Shown one piece after another: positions 37,392 to 50,062 of a stretch of 64,000 nucleotides of DNA. Source of the DNA: Mobula hypostoma (Eukaryota). Within the stretch, counting starts at the first letter, position 1; the number at the start of each line of letters is the position of its first letter. The stretch covers positions 5,456,001 to 5,520,000 of the forward strand of contig NC_086098.1 of the NCBI RefSeq assembly GCF_963921235.1, in the 5' to 3' direction. The notes under the pieces are model-generated. The model saw nothing but the letters and a program-made list of their open reading frames with translations. It was not told the DNA's origin and searched no databases. Both the position numbers and the translations under genes were made by a program.

Positions 37392-37915
37392 GGGAGTGCA
37401 GTTTTGGTCTTCTACCTACAGGAAGGATGTAAATAAGGTTGAAAGATTACAGAGAAAATTAACAAGGATGTTGCTGGGACAGAGGGATCTGATTTACAAG
37501 GAAAGATGGAACAGGTTAGTACTTTATTCCATGGAACATAGAAAACTGGGAGGAGATTTGTTAGAGGTATGCACAATTATGAGGGGTATAGATAGGGTAA
37601 AGGCAAGCAGGCTTTTTCCACTGAGGTTGGGTGGGACCATAACCAGAGGTGGTGGGTTAAGGGTGAAAAGTGAAAAGTTTAAGGGAAACCTGAGGAAAAG
37701 CTTCTACACTCAGAAGGTGGTGAGAGTGTGGAATGAACTGTCAGCACAAGTGGAGCATGCAAGCTTGATTTCAACATTTAAGTGAAGTTTGGATAGGTAC
37801 CTGGTTGATAGGGGTATGGAGGGCTATGGTCAGGGAGCAGGAAGTTTAAATGGTTCAGCAGAGACTAAATGGGCTGAATTGCCTGTTTCTGTTCTGTACC
37901 TTTCTATGACTCTAT
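37392..37915 (+). mobile_element. CR1 3' fragment
   Basis: VQFWSSTYRKD..FYTQKVVRVWNEL; tail TTCTATGACTCTAT. Confidence 0.88.
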
Positions 37916-38144
37916 AACGTAACCCATGAAAGATCACAAGTGTCATCACACATTACGGAACAAGCATAGCAACATCAGTCTGGACCATACATGATCGAAT
38001 TCAGGCCTTGTGCTTCTCTCTTGTGGGATGCCACTGATTGCACTTATCAGTTGTGCTCGGTGGTCTCAGTACCCTGAGGCCTCCCTCCTGTGGCTGGCCC
38101 ATGAAGCAGTAAGGAAGCCTCATCGAGGGGAATCTGCCCTCGAC

Positions 38145-38345
38145 TACGTAGTGTAGCGGTTCGCACAATGCTCTCACGGCTCGTGATGTCGGAGTTTGGA
38201 GTTCACTTTCAGCGCTGTCTGTAAGGAGTTTATACCTCCCTCCCCTTGGCCACATGGGCTTCCTTCAGGTGCTCGTTTTCACCCACAGTCCAAAGATGTA
38301 CCAGACAGTGGGTTAATATCTCATTGTGATTTGTCATGTAATAAT
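38145..38345 (+). mobile_element. V-SINE
   Basis: GTAGTGTAGCGGTT A box, GAGTTCACTTTC B box, CCCACAGTCCAAAGATGTACC core. Confidence 0.7.
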
Positions 38346-39159
38346 GTATGATTATTAATAATAATACATTAATACATAGTGTTACCATGTATCTAACAGT
38401 AACCTTAAGACCATAAGATGTAGGAGCAGAATTAGGCCATTTGACCCATCAAGTCTGCTCTGCCCTTTCATCATGGCCAATCCAATTTTCCTCTCGACCC
38501 AGTTCCCCTGCTTTCTCCCCATACCCCTCCATGCCCTGACCAATCAAAAATTTATCATCCTCGGCCCTCAATATACACAAAGACTTGGCCTCCAAAGCTG
38601 CCTGTAAAGAATTCCACGGTATCACCACTCTCTAGCTAAGGAAATTCCTCCTCATCTCTATTCTAAGAGGACACCCTCTACTCTGAAGCTGTGTCCTCTG
38701 GTCTTGGAGTCTCCTACCATAGGGAACATTCTCTCCACATCCACTCTATCAAGGCCTTTCACTATTCGATAGATTTCAATGAGGTCACCCCTTCATTCTT
38801 CTGAATTCTAGTGAATACAGGCCCAGTGTCATCAAACGCTCTTCATATGACAAGTCATTCGATCTTGGAATCATATTTGTGACTCTCCTTTAAACCCTCT
38901 CCAGTTTCAGCACATCTTTTCTATGATAAGGGGACCAAACCTTCTCACAGTACTCTAAGTGAGGCCTCACTAGTGTTTTATAAAGCCTCAACATTACATC
39001 CTTGCTTTTATATTCTACTCGTGAAATTAATTAGAATCAGGTTTATTATCACTGGCATGTGTTGTGAAATTTGTTAACTTAGCAGCAGTAGTTTAATGCA
39101 ATACATGATAATTTAGAAAACAAAAAATACAGTAAGTAAATCAATTCAGTTGGAATATA

Positions 39160-42100
39160 CAGTGCCTATAAAAAGTATTTACCCCCCCACAGAAGTTTTC
39201 ATGCTTTATTGTTTTACAACATTGAATCACAGTCAATTTAATTTGACTTTCTGACACTGATAAACAGAAATAGACAGTTTTGTTTCAAAGTGAAATTAGA
39301 TCTCTACAAAGTAATCTAATTTAATTACAATAAAAACACAAAATAATTGATCGAACAAGTATTCACCCCTATAATATGACACACCAAATCATCATTGGTG
39401 TAGCCAATTGGTTTTAGAACTCACATCATTAGATAAATAGAGATCACTTGTGTGCAGTCAAGGTGTTTCAATTGATTGTAATAAAAATACACCTCTATGT
39501 GGAAGGTCCAGCTGCTGGTGAGTCAGTATCCTGGTAAAAACTGCACCATGAAGACAAAAGAGCACTTCAAGTAACTCTGTCAATAGGTTTTGTAAATGCA
39601 CAAGTCAGGAGATGGATACGTGAAAATGCCCAAGTTACTGAATATCCTTTGGAGTACAGTTATGTCAATCATCAAGAAATGGAAAGAATATGGCACATCT
39701 GCTTGGAGCAGGGTGTCCTCAAAAACTGAGTGACTGTGCGAGAAGGGGACTAGTGAGGGAGGCCACCAAGAGACCTATGACAACTCCGGAGGAATTACAA
39801 GCTACAGTGGCGAGATGGGAGAGACTGCGCACACAACTGTTGCCCGGGTGCATCACTAGTTGCAGCTTTATGGAAGGGTGGCAAAGAGAAAAAAAACTCA
39901 CATGAAAACTTGGCTAGTTTGCCAGAAGGCATGTGAGAGACTCTGAAGTCAGCTGGAAGGTTCTATTGTCCGATGAAACAAAAAGTGAACTTTTTGGCCA
40001 TCAGAGTAAACACTATGTTTGGTGTAAGCCAAACGCTGCACGTCATCGAAAGCACACCATCTCTAACATGAAGCATGTTGTGGCTGCATCATATTGTGGG
40101 GATTTTTCATTGTAGCAGGCCCTAGAAGGCTTGTGAAGGTGGAGGGTAAAATCAGTGCAGCATAATACAGAGAAATTCTGGAAGAAAACCAGACGCAGTC
40201 AGCAAGAGAACTGCGACTTGGGGGATTTGTTGTCCAGCAAGAAAATGACCCCAAGGATAAAGCCAAAGCTACACCGGAATGCCTTAAAAACAATAAAATT
40301 AATGTCCTGGAGTGGCCAAGTCAGAGTCGTGACCTCAATCCAATTGAGAATTTGTGAACAGACCTTTTCAAGTCCAGCCACTCATGATCCCCATGCAATC
40401 TGACAGAGCTTGAGCAGTTTTGTAAAGAAGAATGGGGAAAAATTGCAGTGTCCAGGTGTGCAAAGCTGATAGAGACCTATCCACACAGACCTAAGGCTGT
40501 AATTGCTGCCAAAGTTGTATCTACTAAATACTGACGTGAAGGGGGTGAATACTTAGGCAATCAATTCTTTTTGTGTGTTTTATATATGTAATTAATATAA
40601 ATATAGAAAACCCATAGCACAATACAGGCCCTTCAGCCCACAATGCTGTGCTAAACATATACTCACTTTAGAAATTACCAAGGGTTACCCATAGCCCTCT
40701 ATTTTTCTAAGCTTCATGTATCTGTCCAGAGTCTCTTAAAAAACCCTATCGTATCCGTTTCAGCCTCCACCACCATCGCTGGCAGCCCATTCCATGCACT
40801 CACCACTCTCTGTGTTTATAAAAGGAAAAAGCAATTTACTCCTGGCATCTCCTCTGTGCCTAATTCCAAGCACTTTAAAGTTGTGTCTTCTCATGTTAGC
40901 CATTTCAGCCGTGGGCAAAAGCCTCTGACTAACCACACAATCAATGCCTCTCATTATCTTATAGACCTCTAACAGGTCACCTCCCATCCTCTGTTGCTCC
41001 AAGGAGAAAAGGCCAAGCTCACTCAACCTATTCTCATAAGGCATGCTCGCCAATCCAGGCAACACCCTTGTAAATCACCTCTGCACCCTTTCTATGGTTT
41101 CCACATTCTTCCTGTAGTGAGGCAACCAGAACTGAGCACAGTACTCCAAGTGGGGTCTGACCAGGGTCCTATATAGCTGTAACATCACCTCTTGGCTCTT
41201 AAACTCAATCCCATGGTTGATGAAGGCCAATGTACTGTATGCCCTCTTAACCACAGAGTCAACCTGCGTAGCAACTTTGAGTGTCCTATGGACTTGGATC
41301 CCAAGATCCCTCCGATCCTCCACACTGCCAGTAGTCTTACCATTAATGCTATATTCTGCCATCATATTTGACCTACCAAAATGAACCACCTCACACTTAT
41401 TTGGGTTGAACTCCATCTGCCACTTCAGCCCAGTTTTGTATCCTATCAATGTCCCGCAGTAACCTCTGACAGCCCTCCACACTATCCACAACACCCCTAA
41501 CATTTGTGTCATCAGCAAATTTACTAATCCATCCCTCCACTTCCCTCATCCAAGTCAGTTATAAAAATTCATGAACAGAAAGGGTCACAGAACAAATCCC
41601 TGAGGCACACCACTGGTCACCAACCTCCATGCAGAATATGACCTGTCTACAACCACTCTTTGCCTTATGTGGACAAGCCAGTTCTGGATCTACAGAGCAA
41701 TGTCCCCTTGGATCCCATGCCTCCTTATTTTCTCAATAAGCCTTGCATGGAGTACCTTATCAAATGCCTTGCTGAAATCCATAGACACTACATTTACTGC
41801 TCTACTTTCATCAATATGATTAGTTACATCCTCAAAAAATTCAATCAGGCTCGTAAGGCACAACCTGCCCTTGGCAAAGCCATGCTGACTATTCCTAATC
41901 ATATTATGCCTCTTAAAATGTTCATAAATCCTGCCTCTCAGGATCTTCTCCATCAATTAACCAACTACTGAAGTAAGACTCACTGATGTGTAATTTCCTG
42001 GGCTATCTCTACTCCCTTTCTTGAACGAGGGAACAACATCTACAACCCTCCAATCCTCTGGAACCTCCCCCGTCCTCATTGATGGTGCAATGGTCATAGG

Positions 42101-43797
42101 AAAATAGGTGTATAAGATGATGAGCGGCATTGACTGTGTGGATAGTCAGAATCTTTTTCCCAGGGATTAAATGGCTATGAGAAGAAGGCACAGTTTGAAG
42201 GTGCTTGGAAGTATGTACAGAGATGTCAGGGGTACGTTTTTTTTTACACAGAGAGTGGTGAGTGCGTGGAATGGGCTGCCGGCGACGGTGGTGGAGGCGG
42301 ATACGAAAGGGCCTTTTAAGAGGCTCTTCGATAGGTACATGAAGCTTAGGCACAGTACATGGGCTATGGGTAACCCTGGGTAATTTCTAAAGTAATTACA
42401 TGTTTGGCACAGCATTGTGGTCCGAAGGGGCCAGTATTGTGCTGTAGTTTTTCTACGGTTCTAAGTAAAGATCATTGCCAGAGGCTCAGCAATCTCCTCC
42501 CTCACCTCCCACGGTAGCTTGGGGTATATCTCATACGGTCTCAGTGACTTATCCAACTTGATGTTTTTCAAAAGCTCCAGCACATCCTCTTTCTTAATGT
42601 CTATATGCTCAAGCTTTTCAGTCCACTGTAAATCATCCCTACAATCGCTAAATTCCTTTTCCGTAGTGAATACTGAAGCAAAGTATTCATTAAGTACCTC
42701 TGCTATCTCCCCTGGTTCTATACCCACTTTTCCACTGTCTCAGTTGATTGGTCCTATTTTCTCACGTTTCATCCTCTTGCTCTTCATTTACTTGTAGAAT
42801 GCCTTGGGGTTTTCCTCAATCCTGTCCGCCAAGGCCTTCTCATGGCCCCTTCTGGCTCTTCTAATTTCTTTCTTAAGCGCCTTCCTGCTAGCCTTATAAT
42901 TTTCTAGATCTCTATCATTACCTAGTTTTTTGAACCTTTCGTAAGCTTTTCTTTTCTTCTTGACTAGATTTTCAACAGCCTTTGTACACCACTGTTCCTG
43001 TACCCTACCATCCTTTCCCTGTCTCATTGGAATGCACCTGTGCAGAACTGAGGATACAAATATCCCCTGAACGTTTGCCATATTTCTGCCGTACATTTCC
43101 CTGCAAACATCTGTTCTCCCAATTTATGCTTCCAAGTTCCTGTCTGATAGCTTCATATTTCCCCTTACTCCAATTAAAGACGTTCCTAACTTGTCTGTCC
43201 CTATCCCTCTCCAATGCTATGGTAAGGGATATAGAATTATGATTGCTATCTCCAAAATTCTCTCCCACTGAGAGACCTGACAAGGTTCATTTCCCAATGC
43301 CAGATCAAGTACAGCCTCTCCTCTTGTAGGCTTGTCTGCATACTGTGTCAGGAAACCTTCCTGAACACACCTAACAAACCCTGTCTAAACCCCTCGCTCT
43401 AGGGAGATACGAATCAATATTGGGGAAGTTAAAATCCCCCATCACGACAACCCTGTTATTTGCTGCACCGTTCCAGAATCTGTCTCCCTATCTGCTCCTC
43501 AATGTCCCTGTTACTATTGGGTGATCTATAAGAAACACCCAGTAGAGTTATTGACCCCTTCCTGTTTCTAACTTCTACCCACAGAGACTCAGCAGACAAT
43601 CCCTTCATGACTTCCTTCTTTCCTGCAGCCATGTTTTAGATCACTTTGCAGAGCTCCGTTTTCACTTTGACACAAAAAAAAGTGTTTTTTCTGTTGATTC
43701 TGTTGAAATCAAATTAAATCCACTGTGATCTGGTGTTGTAAAACAGTAATAAAACATAACAACTTCCAAGAGGACTGAATACTTTTTATAGGTACTG
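39160..43797 (+). mobile_element. Full-length but pseudogenised Tc1 (IR/DR-type) transposon; right TIR split by CR1
   Basis: TA-CAGTGCCTATAAAAAGTATT...AATACTTTTTATAGGTACTG-TA. Transposase remnant ~39548-40530 with MKTKEH, LLSDETK, QQENDP and DLNPIEN, with stops and frameshifts. Confidence 0.92.
40600..43632 (-). mobile_element. CR1 ORF2 (EN to 3' end), degenerate, inserted in the Tc1 right TIR; contains a + strand CR1 3' fragment at ~42091-42466
   Basis: FGDSNHNSISL, ENPKAFYK, LNEYFASVFT, QHGFAKGRLC, MDFSKAFDKV, HLEYCAQFW; inner copy FFTQRVVSAWNGLP. Confidence 0.92.
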
Positions 43798-45304
43798 TAT
43801 ATGTATTTAAATAGTTGGATTAAAAATAATGCAGAACAGAAATAGTGTTTATGGGTTTAATGTCTGTTTAGGAATTGGATGGCAGAGGGAATGAAGCTGT
43901 TTCTGAATTGCTGAGTGTGTGCCTTCAAGATTCTGTCTCTCCTTCCTGATGGTAACAATGACAAGAGGGCATGTCTTTGGTGAATGGGATTCTTAATAAT
44001 GGACATTGCCTTTCTGAGGCACCTTGAGGCTGTTTTGGATGCTATGAAGGCTAGAAACCATGATGGAATTAAATAATTTTACAACTCACTGTAGCTCTTT
44101 TCGATCCTGCGCTGTAGCCCCCCACCCCCCTTAGCAAACAGTGACGCAGCCTGTCAGAATGTTAACATCACATTTGCCTTACTCACCATAGATTCAATCT
44201 GCAAATTAGCTTTTAGAGTATTCTTAACAAGGACACAAGTCCATTTGAGCTTCGGTTGATTGTAATTTTTCTCCATTCAGTAAATAGTCAACCCTTTCAT
44301 TTCTTCTACCAAAGTGCATGACCATACACTTCTCAATGCTGTACTCCATCTGCCGTTTCTTTGCCCATTCTCCTAATCCTTCTGTAGCCTCTCTAATTCC
44401 TCAAAACTACCTGTCCCGCCACCTGTTTTCATATCATCTGCAAATTTTACAACAAAGCTATCAATTCCATCATCCAAATCATCGACAAATAGTGTAAAAA
44501 TAATTGGTCCCGACACAGACCCCTGTGGTACATTACAAGTCACTGGAAGCCAACTAGAAAATTCCCTTTATTCCCACTCTTTGCCTGCTGTCAACTGGCC
44601 ACCTCTTCGTCCATGCTAAAATCTTTCCTGTAATACAATGGACTCATAGCTTGTTAAGCAGCCTCACGTGTGGCAGCTTAGCAATGGGGAATGGGGTTGA
44701 GGGAGAATAAATCCACTATGATAGAATGGCAGAGCAGACTTAAAGGGGTATTTCTGATCTCATGTCTTTAGGTCAGATGTTTCTTCTCTCCCTCATCTCC
44801 TGCCAAGATCGTGATGTGGTTGAAAGTAAATGACCTAATTTCTCCCACTGATGATGTTCAAATGTTGTGCCTTCAGTGAAAGTGTTATTTATTAAGCCAG
44901 TTCCTGAGGGATTTTCTCTGCCGACTTCAAGCAAAACGCAATCCTGCCTAAACTGATTAACACTGGCCGCTTGTAACAGAGGAACACCATTATTCCAGGC
45001 CTGAGCAAGAGTGAAAATATAACATATGAACATTTTTCTCTCCACTCATGACATGAATAACAGGTTGTCTTGCTCTTCTTTCTGATTGAATACTGCAGAG
45101 ATGAACCTCTGCGACCCTGAAAATAATGAGAGCAGATTATTGGCGGTGTATTCCTGGCATCACTTTGTTTCCAATCCTGTGAACATTGTCTTGTTTCCTA
45201 AAGAAAGGCAGATTTTCACTTTAACCCTTTGGCTTCTTAACAAAGCCCAGCTCTTGTCCGCATCTTTTGAAGGCCTGGTGCATCATACTGTGGACCCAGA
45301 TAGT

Positions 45305-46940
45305 GGAAATCACACAAAATGCTGGAGAAACTCAGCAGGTCAGGCAGTAATGATGGAAAAGAATAAACAGTTGATGTTTCAGGTCAAGACTGGCAAGGAA
45401 GGGGGAAGAAGCCAGAATAAGAAAGTGGGGGAGGGAAAGGAAGACAAGCTAGCAGGTGAGGGGAAAATGGGTAGGTGAGGGAGGAAGGATGAAATGAGAA
45501 GTTCAGAGGTGTTAGGTGTAAAAGGTAACAGGCTGAAGAAGAAGGAATCTGATAGAAAAGGAGAGTGGACATGTGATACTTTTGGAAAATCTGAACACGA
45601 GATTCTGCAGATGCTGGATATCTAGAGCAACACACTCAAAATGCTGGAGGAACTCAGCAGGTCAGGCAGCAACTTCTGTATGGAAAAGAATAAAGAGTCA
45701 ACATTTAATGGCAGTGGCAGTGGGAATAAAGGGATCCACTTCTGGTTGTCTGCCAGTGACTAGTGGTGTTCTGCAGGGGCTGGTGTTGGGACCGCTTCTT
45801 TTTTTTATCATATTTCAATTATTTAGATGATGGAATAGATGGCTTTGATGCCAAGTTCGCAGATGAAGGTTGGTGGAGGAGCAGATAGTGTTGAGGAAAC
45901 AGAACGGCTGATGAAGGACTTAGACAGATTAGGAGAATGGGCAAGGAAATGGAAAATGTTGGAAAATGCATGAGGCATGCACTTTGGTAGTAGGAATAAA
46001 TGTAGGGACTACTTTCTAAATGGGGAGAAAATCCAAAAATCTGAGATGTAAAGGGACTAGGGCATCCTTGTGCAGAACACCCTAAAGGTTAACTTGCAGG
46101 TTGAGTCGGTGGTGAGGAAGGCAAATGCCATGTTAGCGTTCATTTCAAGAGGTCTGGAACATAAGAGTAGAGATATGATGCTGAGACTTTATAAGGCACT
46201 GGAGAGGCCTCACCTAGAGTATTTTAATATAGTGGGTGAGTCTAGGACAAGAAGGCACAGACTCAGGATAGAGGGGTGTCCTTTTAAAACAGAAATGCAG
46301 AGAAATTTCTTTAGCTAGAGGATGGCGAATTTGTGAAATTTGTTACCGCAGGCAACTGTGGAGGCCAGGTCATTGGATGCATTTAATGTTGAGATTGATA
46401 GGTTCTTGATTGGCCACAGCATCAAAGGTTATGGGAAGAAGGCCAGAGAGTGGGGCTGAGGAGGGAAAAAAGCATCAGCCATGATTGAATGGTGAAGCAG
46501 ATTCGATGGACCAAATGGCCTAATTCTGCCTCGATGTAATCTGGTTTTATGGTTTTATAGACGTTTCAGCTGAAACCCTTCATCAGGACTGGAAAGGAAG
46601 GGGCAAGGATCCAGAATATAACACGAGGGGAGTGGATGAGTACAAGCTAGAAGGTTATAGGTGGGACCCAGTGAGGAATAACTGGGTTGATCCTGTTATG
46701 AAGTTTGATTTATTTAAATTCCAGTAATTTCTCCCCCTTTTCCCTTCCCTCTTTTTCCTTTCCTCATTCTGGCACCCTCATCTGCCTGTCACCTCCCACT
46801 GGTGCACCTCCTCCTTCCCCTTCTCCTATGGTCCACTCTCCTCTCCTATTATATTCCTTCTTTTTCAGCCTTTTACCTTTTCCACCTATCACCTCCAAGC
46901 TTCTTACTTCATTCCCCTCCCCCATCCAACTATCCGCCTG
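45305..46940. mobile_element. PLE pLTR fragments; one minus-strand copy (45590-45705 plus 46560-46680) is split by a CR1 (45706-46559, +)
   Basis: pLTR consensus stops at GAGTCAACATTTA and resumes at GACGTTTCAGCTGAAACCCTTCATCAGGACTGG. Confidence 0.8.
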
Positions 46941-47166
46941 CACCTTGACTATGTCTCTCTACGCCCCTCCCATCCATGCTCGATCCCATCTAGATTTCTC
47001 TTTGTTACAATTGACCCTGTCTACCCCTTCCATTGGCAGATCTTTCCACACTCACATAACTATCTGAATGAAGTTCACTTTCAGATTCCCCTTAAATATT
47101 TCACCCTTCACCCTAAACCTATGACCTCTAGTTGGTCAGTAATGTCATTTTCAGTCATCTGCCAAA

Positions 47167-47718
47167 CAGGGGTATATGGGGTGTCAGGGAGAGGTAGCAC
47201 CTCTGGTGGGGGAGCATGTCGCATCCTTTTCAGGGAGGTTAGTCCACCTTTGGTCCCCACCTGGCACTCAGCTCTCACCTGTGGCTCCCCGTAGCTGTTT
47301 GCATGCGACAGCGGCCACACCCCGGGCAACGGCTTCGACAAGCCGGCTAAACCAGGTGAGGGTAGCCGACGGGTCTCAAACCCTCGGTGAGACAGGGAGT
47401 TGTCTATCCCAGCATGTGAAGACAGATTCCGGCAGATTGAGCGGACGAGACCAATGGAAGGTCCAACGGTCATGAAGGCGGTCTCTGCAAGCGTCGTGGA
47501 ACGTGTAGAACAGGACAAGACAGTGGTCATCCACTGCGCCTAGTCCCATCTCCAGCCGTCTCGACTCTGTCTTGCCACTGGACCCAGATGGGAATTGGGA
47601 AGAGAGAGTGAGACTGACGCTACACAATTCTCCCTCACTTAAATCCAAATCACGCGCTAGTCTCGACACCATCATTATGGTGTCGAGGTCCTCATCGACG
47701 TCAACGATGGACGAACAA
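47167..47718 (+). mobile_element. RTE-type short non-autonomous retroposon, second full-length copy
   Basis: 11-bp TSD CATCTGCCAAA (47156-47166 / 47719-47729). Highly similar to the reverse complement of 20356-20914, with a small internal deletion and 11 extra 5' nt. Confidence 0.88.
47178..47362 (+). ncRNA. HDV-like self-cleaving ribozyme (copy 2)
   Basis: P1 47178-84/47317-23; P2 47274-81/47353-60; P3 47283-85/47314-16; L3 UCCCCGU plus hairpin 47294-47312; GG 47324-25; P4 47330-45; GCUAA 47346-50 (catalytic C at 47347). Confidence 0.82.
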
Positions 47719-47977
47719 CATCTGCCAAATGTCAGAATGAAGTTTAATATCACTAGCATCAGATGTTTCGGTGTTCACCGAGCTTGGCAATTAAATTGCA
47801 GATGTTGCATCACCAGTCGAGGTGACATCTTCAGTGCACAGTTGTAGGTGCTTCTCTCTGGGAGTACTTGCCTTTATCTCACTCCCTGTTTGCTTGCCTT
47901 GGTCCTGTTTGGCTACCGCTTCAGTTGCCCTTTGAAATCCATTGACTTGTGTTTCTTTAGCTCTTAAGGGTTCATAG

Positions 47978-48497
47978 GTGCTGAGGATGTTCTACGAGTC
48001 TGTGGTGGCCAGTGCTATCATGTTTGCTGTTGTGTGCTGGGGCAGCAGGCTGAGGTAGCAGACACCAACAGAATCAACAAACTCATTCGTAAGGCCAGTG
48101 ATGTTGTGGGGATGGAGCTGGACTCTCTGACGGTGGTGTCTGAAAAGAGGATGCTGTCTAAGTTGCATGCCATCTTGGACAATGTCTCCCATCCACTACA
48201 TAATGTACTGGTTGGGCACAGGAGTACATTCAGCCAGAGACTCATTCCACCGAGATGCAGCACAGAGCGTCATAGAAAGTCACTCCTGCCTGTGGCCATT
48301 AAACTTTACAACACCTCCCTTGGAGGGTCAGACACCTTGAGCCAATAGGCTGGTCCTGGCCTTATTTCATAATTTACTGGCACAATTTACATATTACTAT
48401 TTAACTATTTATGGTTCTATTACTGTTTGTTATTTATGATGCAAATGTAACAAAAACCAATTTTCCCCGGGATCAATAAAGTATGACTATGACTATA
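47978..48497 (+). mobile_element. Rex1/Babar-type LINE 3' fragment
   Basis: FYESVVASAIMFAVVCWGS; ILDNVSHPLH..CSTERHRKS; AATAAA and (ATGACT)n tail. Confidence 0.88.
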
Positions 48498-48600
48498 GAT
48501 GGTGTCTATTTTAATATGTTTGTTTACAGAGTTATTGGAAGATATAGGTGCCATCTATGATCATAAACACACGCTTCCCAGAGAGAAACGTAAACAATTG

Positions 48601-48642
48601 TGCACTGAGGATGTCACTTTGACTAGCGATGAAACATCTGCG
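48601..48642 (+). ncRNA. Minimal type-I hammerhead motif, second PLE family
   Basis: TGCA-CTGAGGA-T-GTCACT-TTGACT-AGCGAT-GAAA-C-ATC-TGCG. Confidence 0.65.
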
Positions 48643-49254
48643 GCGAATTGCCAAACCCGTGAACACCACAGCATTCAACACCTCAACCCGAGCTACCAAT
48701 ATTCACCATCATCCTAAATAACTAGCAAATGTGAAATTTGTTGCTTTACGGCAGCAGCAGCATGCAATGCATTTAAAGAAATATAAATTACAATAAAAAA
48801 TCTTTGTATGTCTTGTACTGAATGGGTTAGGGCTTTGGATATTGGACATTGGATTGAATGAAACAAGATGTGAATTTATATCGTGGATGTTTGAGAAGTT
48901 CTGTATTTTCATGTGTGTGTAAATATATATATATACACACACACCACATATACGCATACATACACATACAGTACTTAACAATAACAAACATTCAGAATAT
49001 GATAGAATTATACAACCATGGAAATTCGTATCATGATTCATTCAGCCCAATGTCAAATAAATTAACTTAGTAGTGCAAAAAGAAAGTAAAATCGGCATAG
49101 TGAGGTAGTGTTTATGGGATGGTTCATTGTCTGTTCAGAAATTAGACGGCAGAGGGGAAGCAGCTGTTCCTGAAATGTCAAATGGAATGAAAATTAAAAT
49201 CTAAATTTGTTCTCTGAGACAATCTTAACATTTGTTTTCTTGAAATGTTTTCTG

Positions 49255-49830
49255 GACTTCAGGATTGAAGGATGTCCATTTAGAACAGAGATGTGGAGAA
49301 ATTACTTTAGTCAGAGGGTGTGGCTGTGGAGGCCAAGTCACTGGGTGTATTTAAGGCAGAGATAGATAGAGTCTTGATTAGCCAGAGCATCAAAGGGTAT
49401 GGGGTGAAAGCAGGGGAGTGGGGATGACTGGAAGAATTGGATCAGCCCATGATTGAATGGCGGAGCAGACTCCATGGGCTGAGTGGCCTACTTCTGCTCC
49501 TGTATTTTATGGTCTTATGAATAATTCAGGTGAAAGCCCTGGAAAGAAGAATTGTGATTTTATTTCGATCATCCTGTAATTCTAATGAGACTGATTGTTG
49601 ACCACTGACTCTCTGCTCAGTTAGGCCTCACAGTAAGCACTTCAGAGGTGAGGACTCGCTCACTGCACAGTGTGGATAGAACTCGTAAACACAAAATACT
49701 CTGCAGATGCTGGGGTCAAAGCAACACGCACAACATGCTGGAGGAGCTCAGCAGGTCAGGCAGCATCCGTGGAAACAAACAGTCAACGTTTCAGGCCGAC
49801 CGGCTGAGTTCCTCCAGCGTGTTGTGTGGA
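49255..49830. mobile_element. CR1 3' end (49255-49520, +) and fold-back PLE pLTR (49685-49830)
   Basis: CR1 tail TTTTATGGTCTTATG; CACAACATGCTGGAGGAGCTCAGC pairs with GCTGAGTTCCTCCAGCGTGTTGTG. Confidence 0.75.
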
Positions 49831-50062
49831 TAGAACTAATGTGTCTATTAGAGATCATTGAAAGTAATGATGAAAAGATCAAATATAACATTTTAACTCT
49901 TTAAGACCTCTTTCAAGATTAGCTTTATTTGTCACATGTACAATCTACTCTTCTGAAAGCATGCCACAATCTATTTATTCTTGAAAGATTACTACTAATG
50001 CTTTCATAATCTCTTTGGCTACCTCTTTCAGAACCCTGGGGTGTTATCCATTTGGTCTAGGT

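Larger units (their letters stand above)
38407..44680 (-). mobile_element. CR1 fragment (38407-39025 plus 44160-44680), outermost layer of a nest; next layer is a Rex-type 3' fragment (39030-39157 plus 43800-44160)
   Basis: CR1 consensus breaks after CTTGCTTTTATATTCTACTCGTGAAAT and resumes at GAATGTTAACATCACATTTGCC. Confidence 0.85.
47760..48720. mobile_element. Second PLE family: inverted pLTR pair (47760-47977 -, 48498-48720 +) around a Rex 3' fragment
   Basis: Both carry TGCA-CTGA(A/G)GA-TGTCAC..G(A/C)AACATC-TGC..AATTGCCAA..GTGAACACC. CTCAACCCGAGCTACCAATATTC resembles recalled Penelope/Poseidon termini. Confidence 0.7.
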
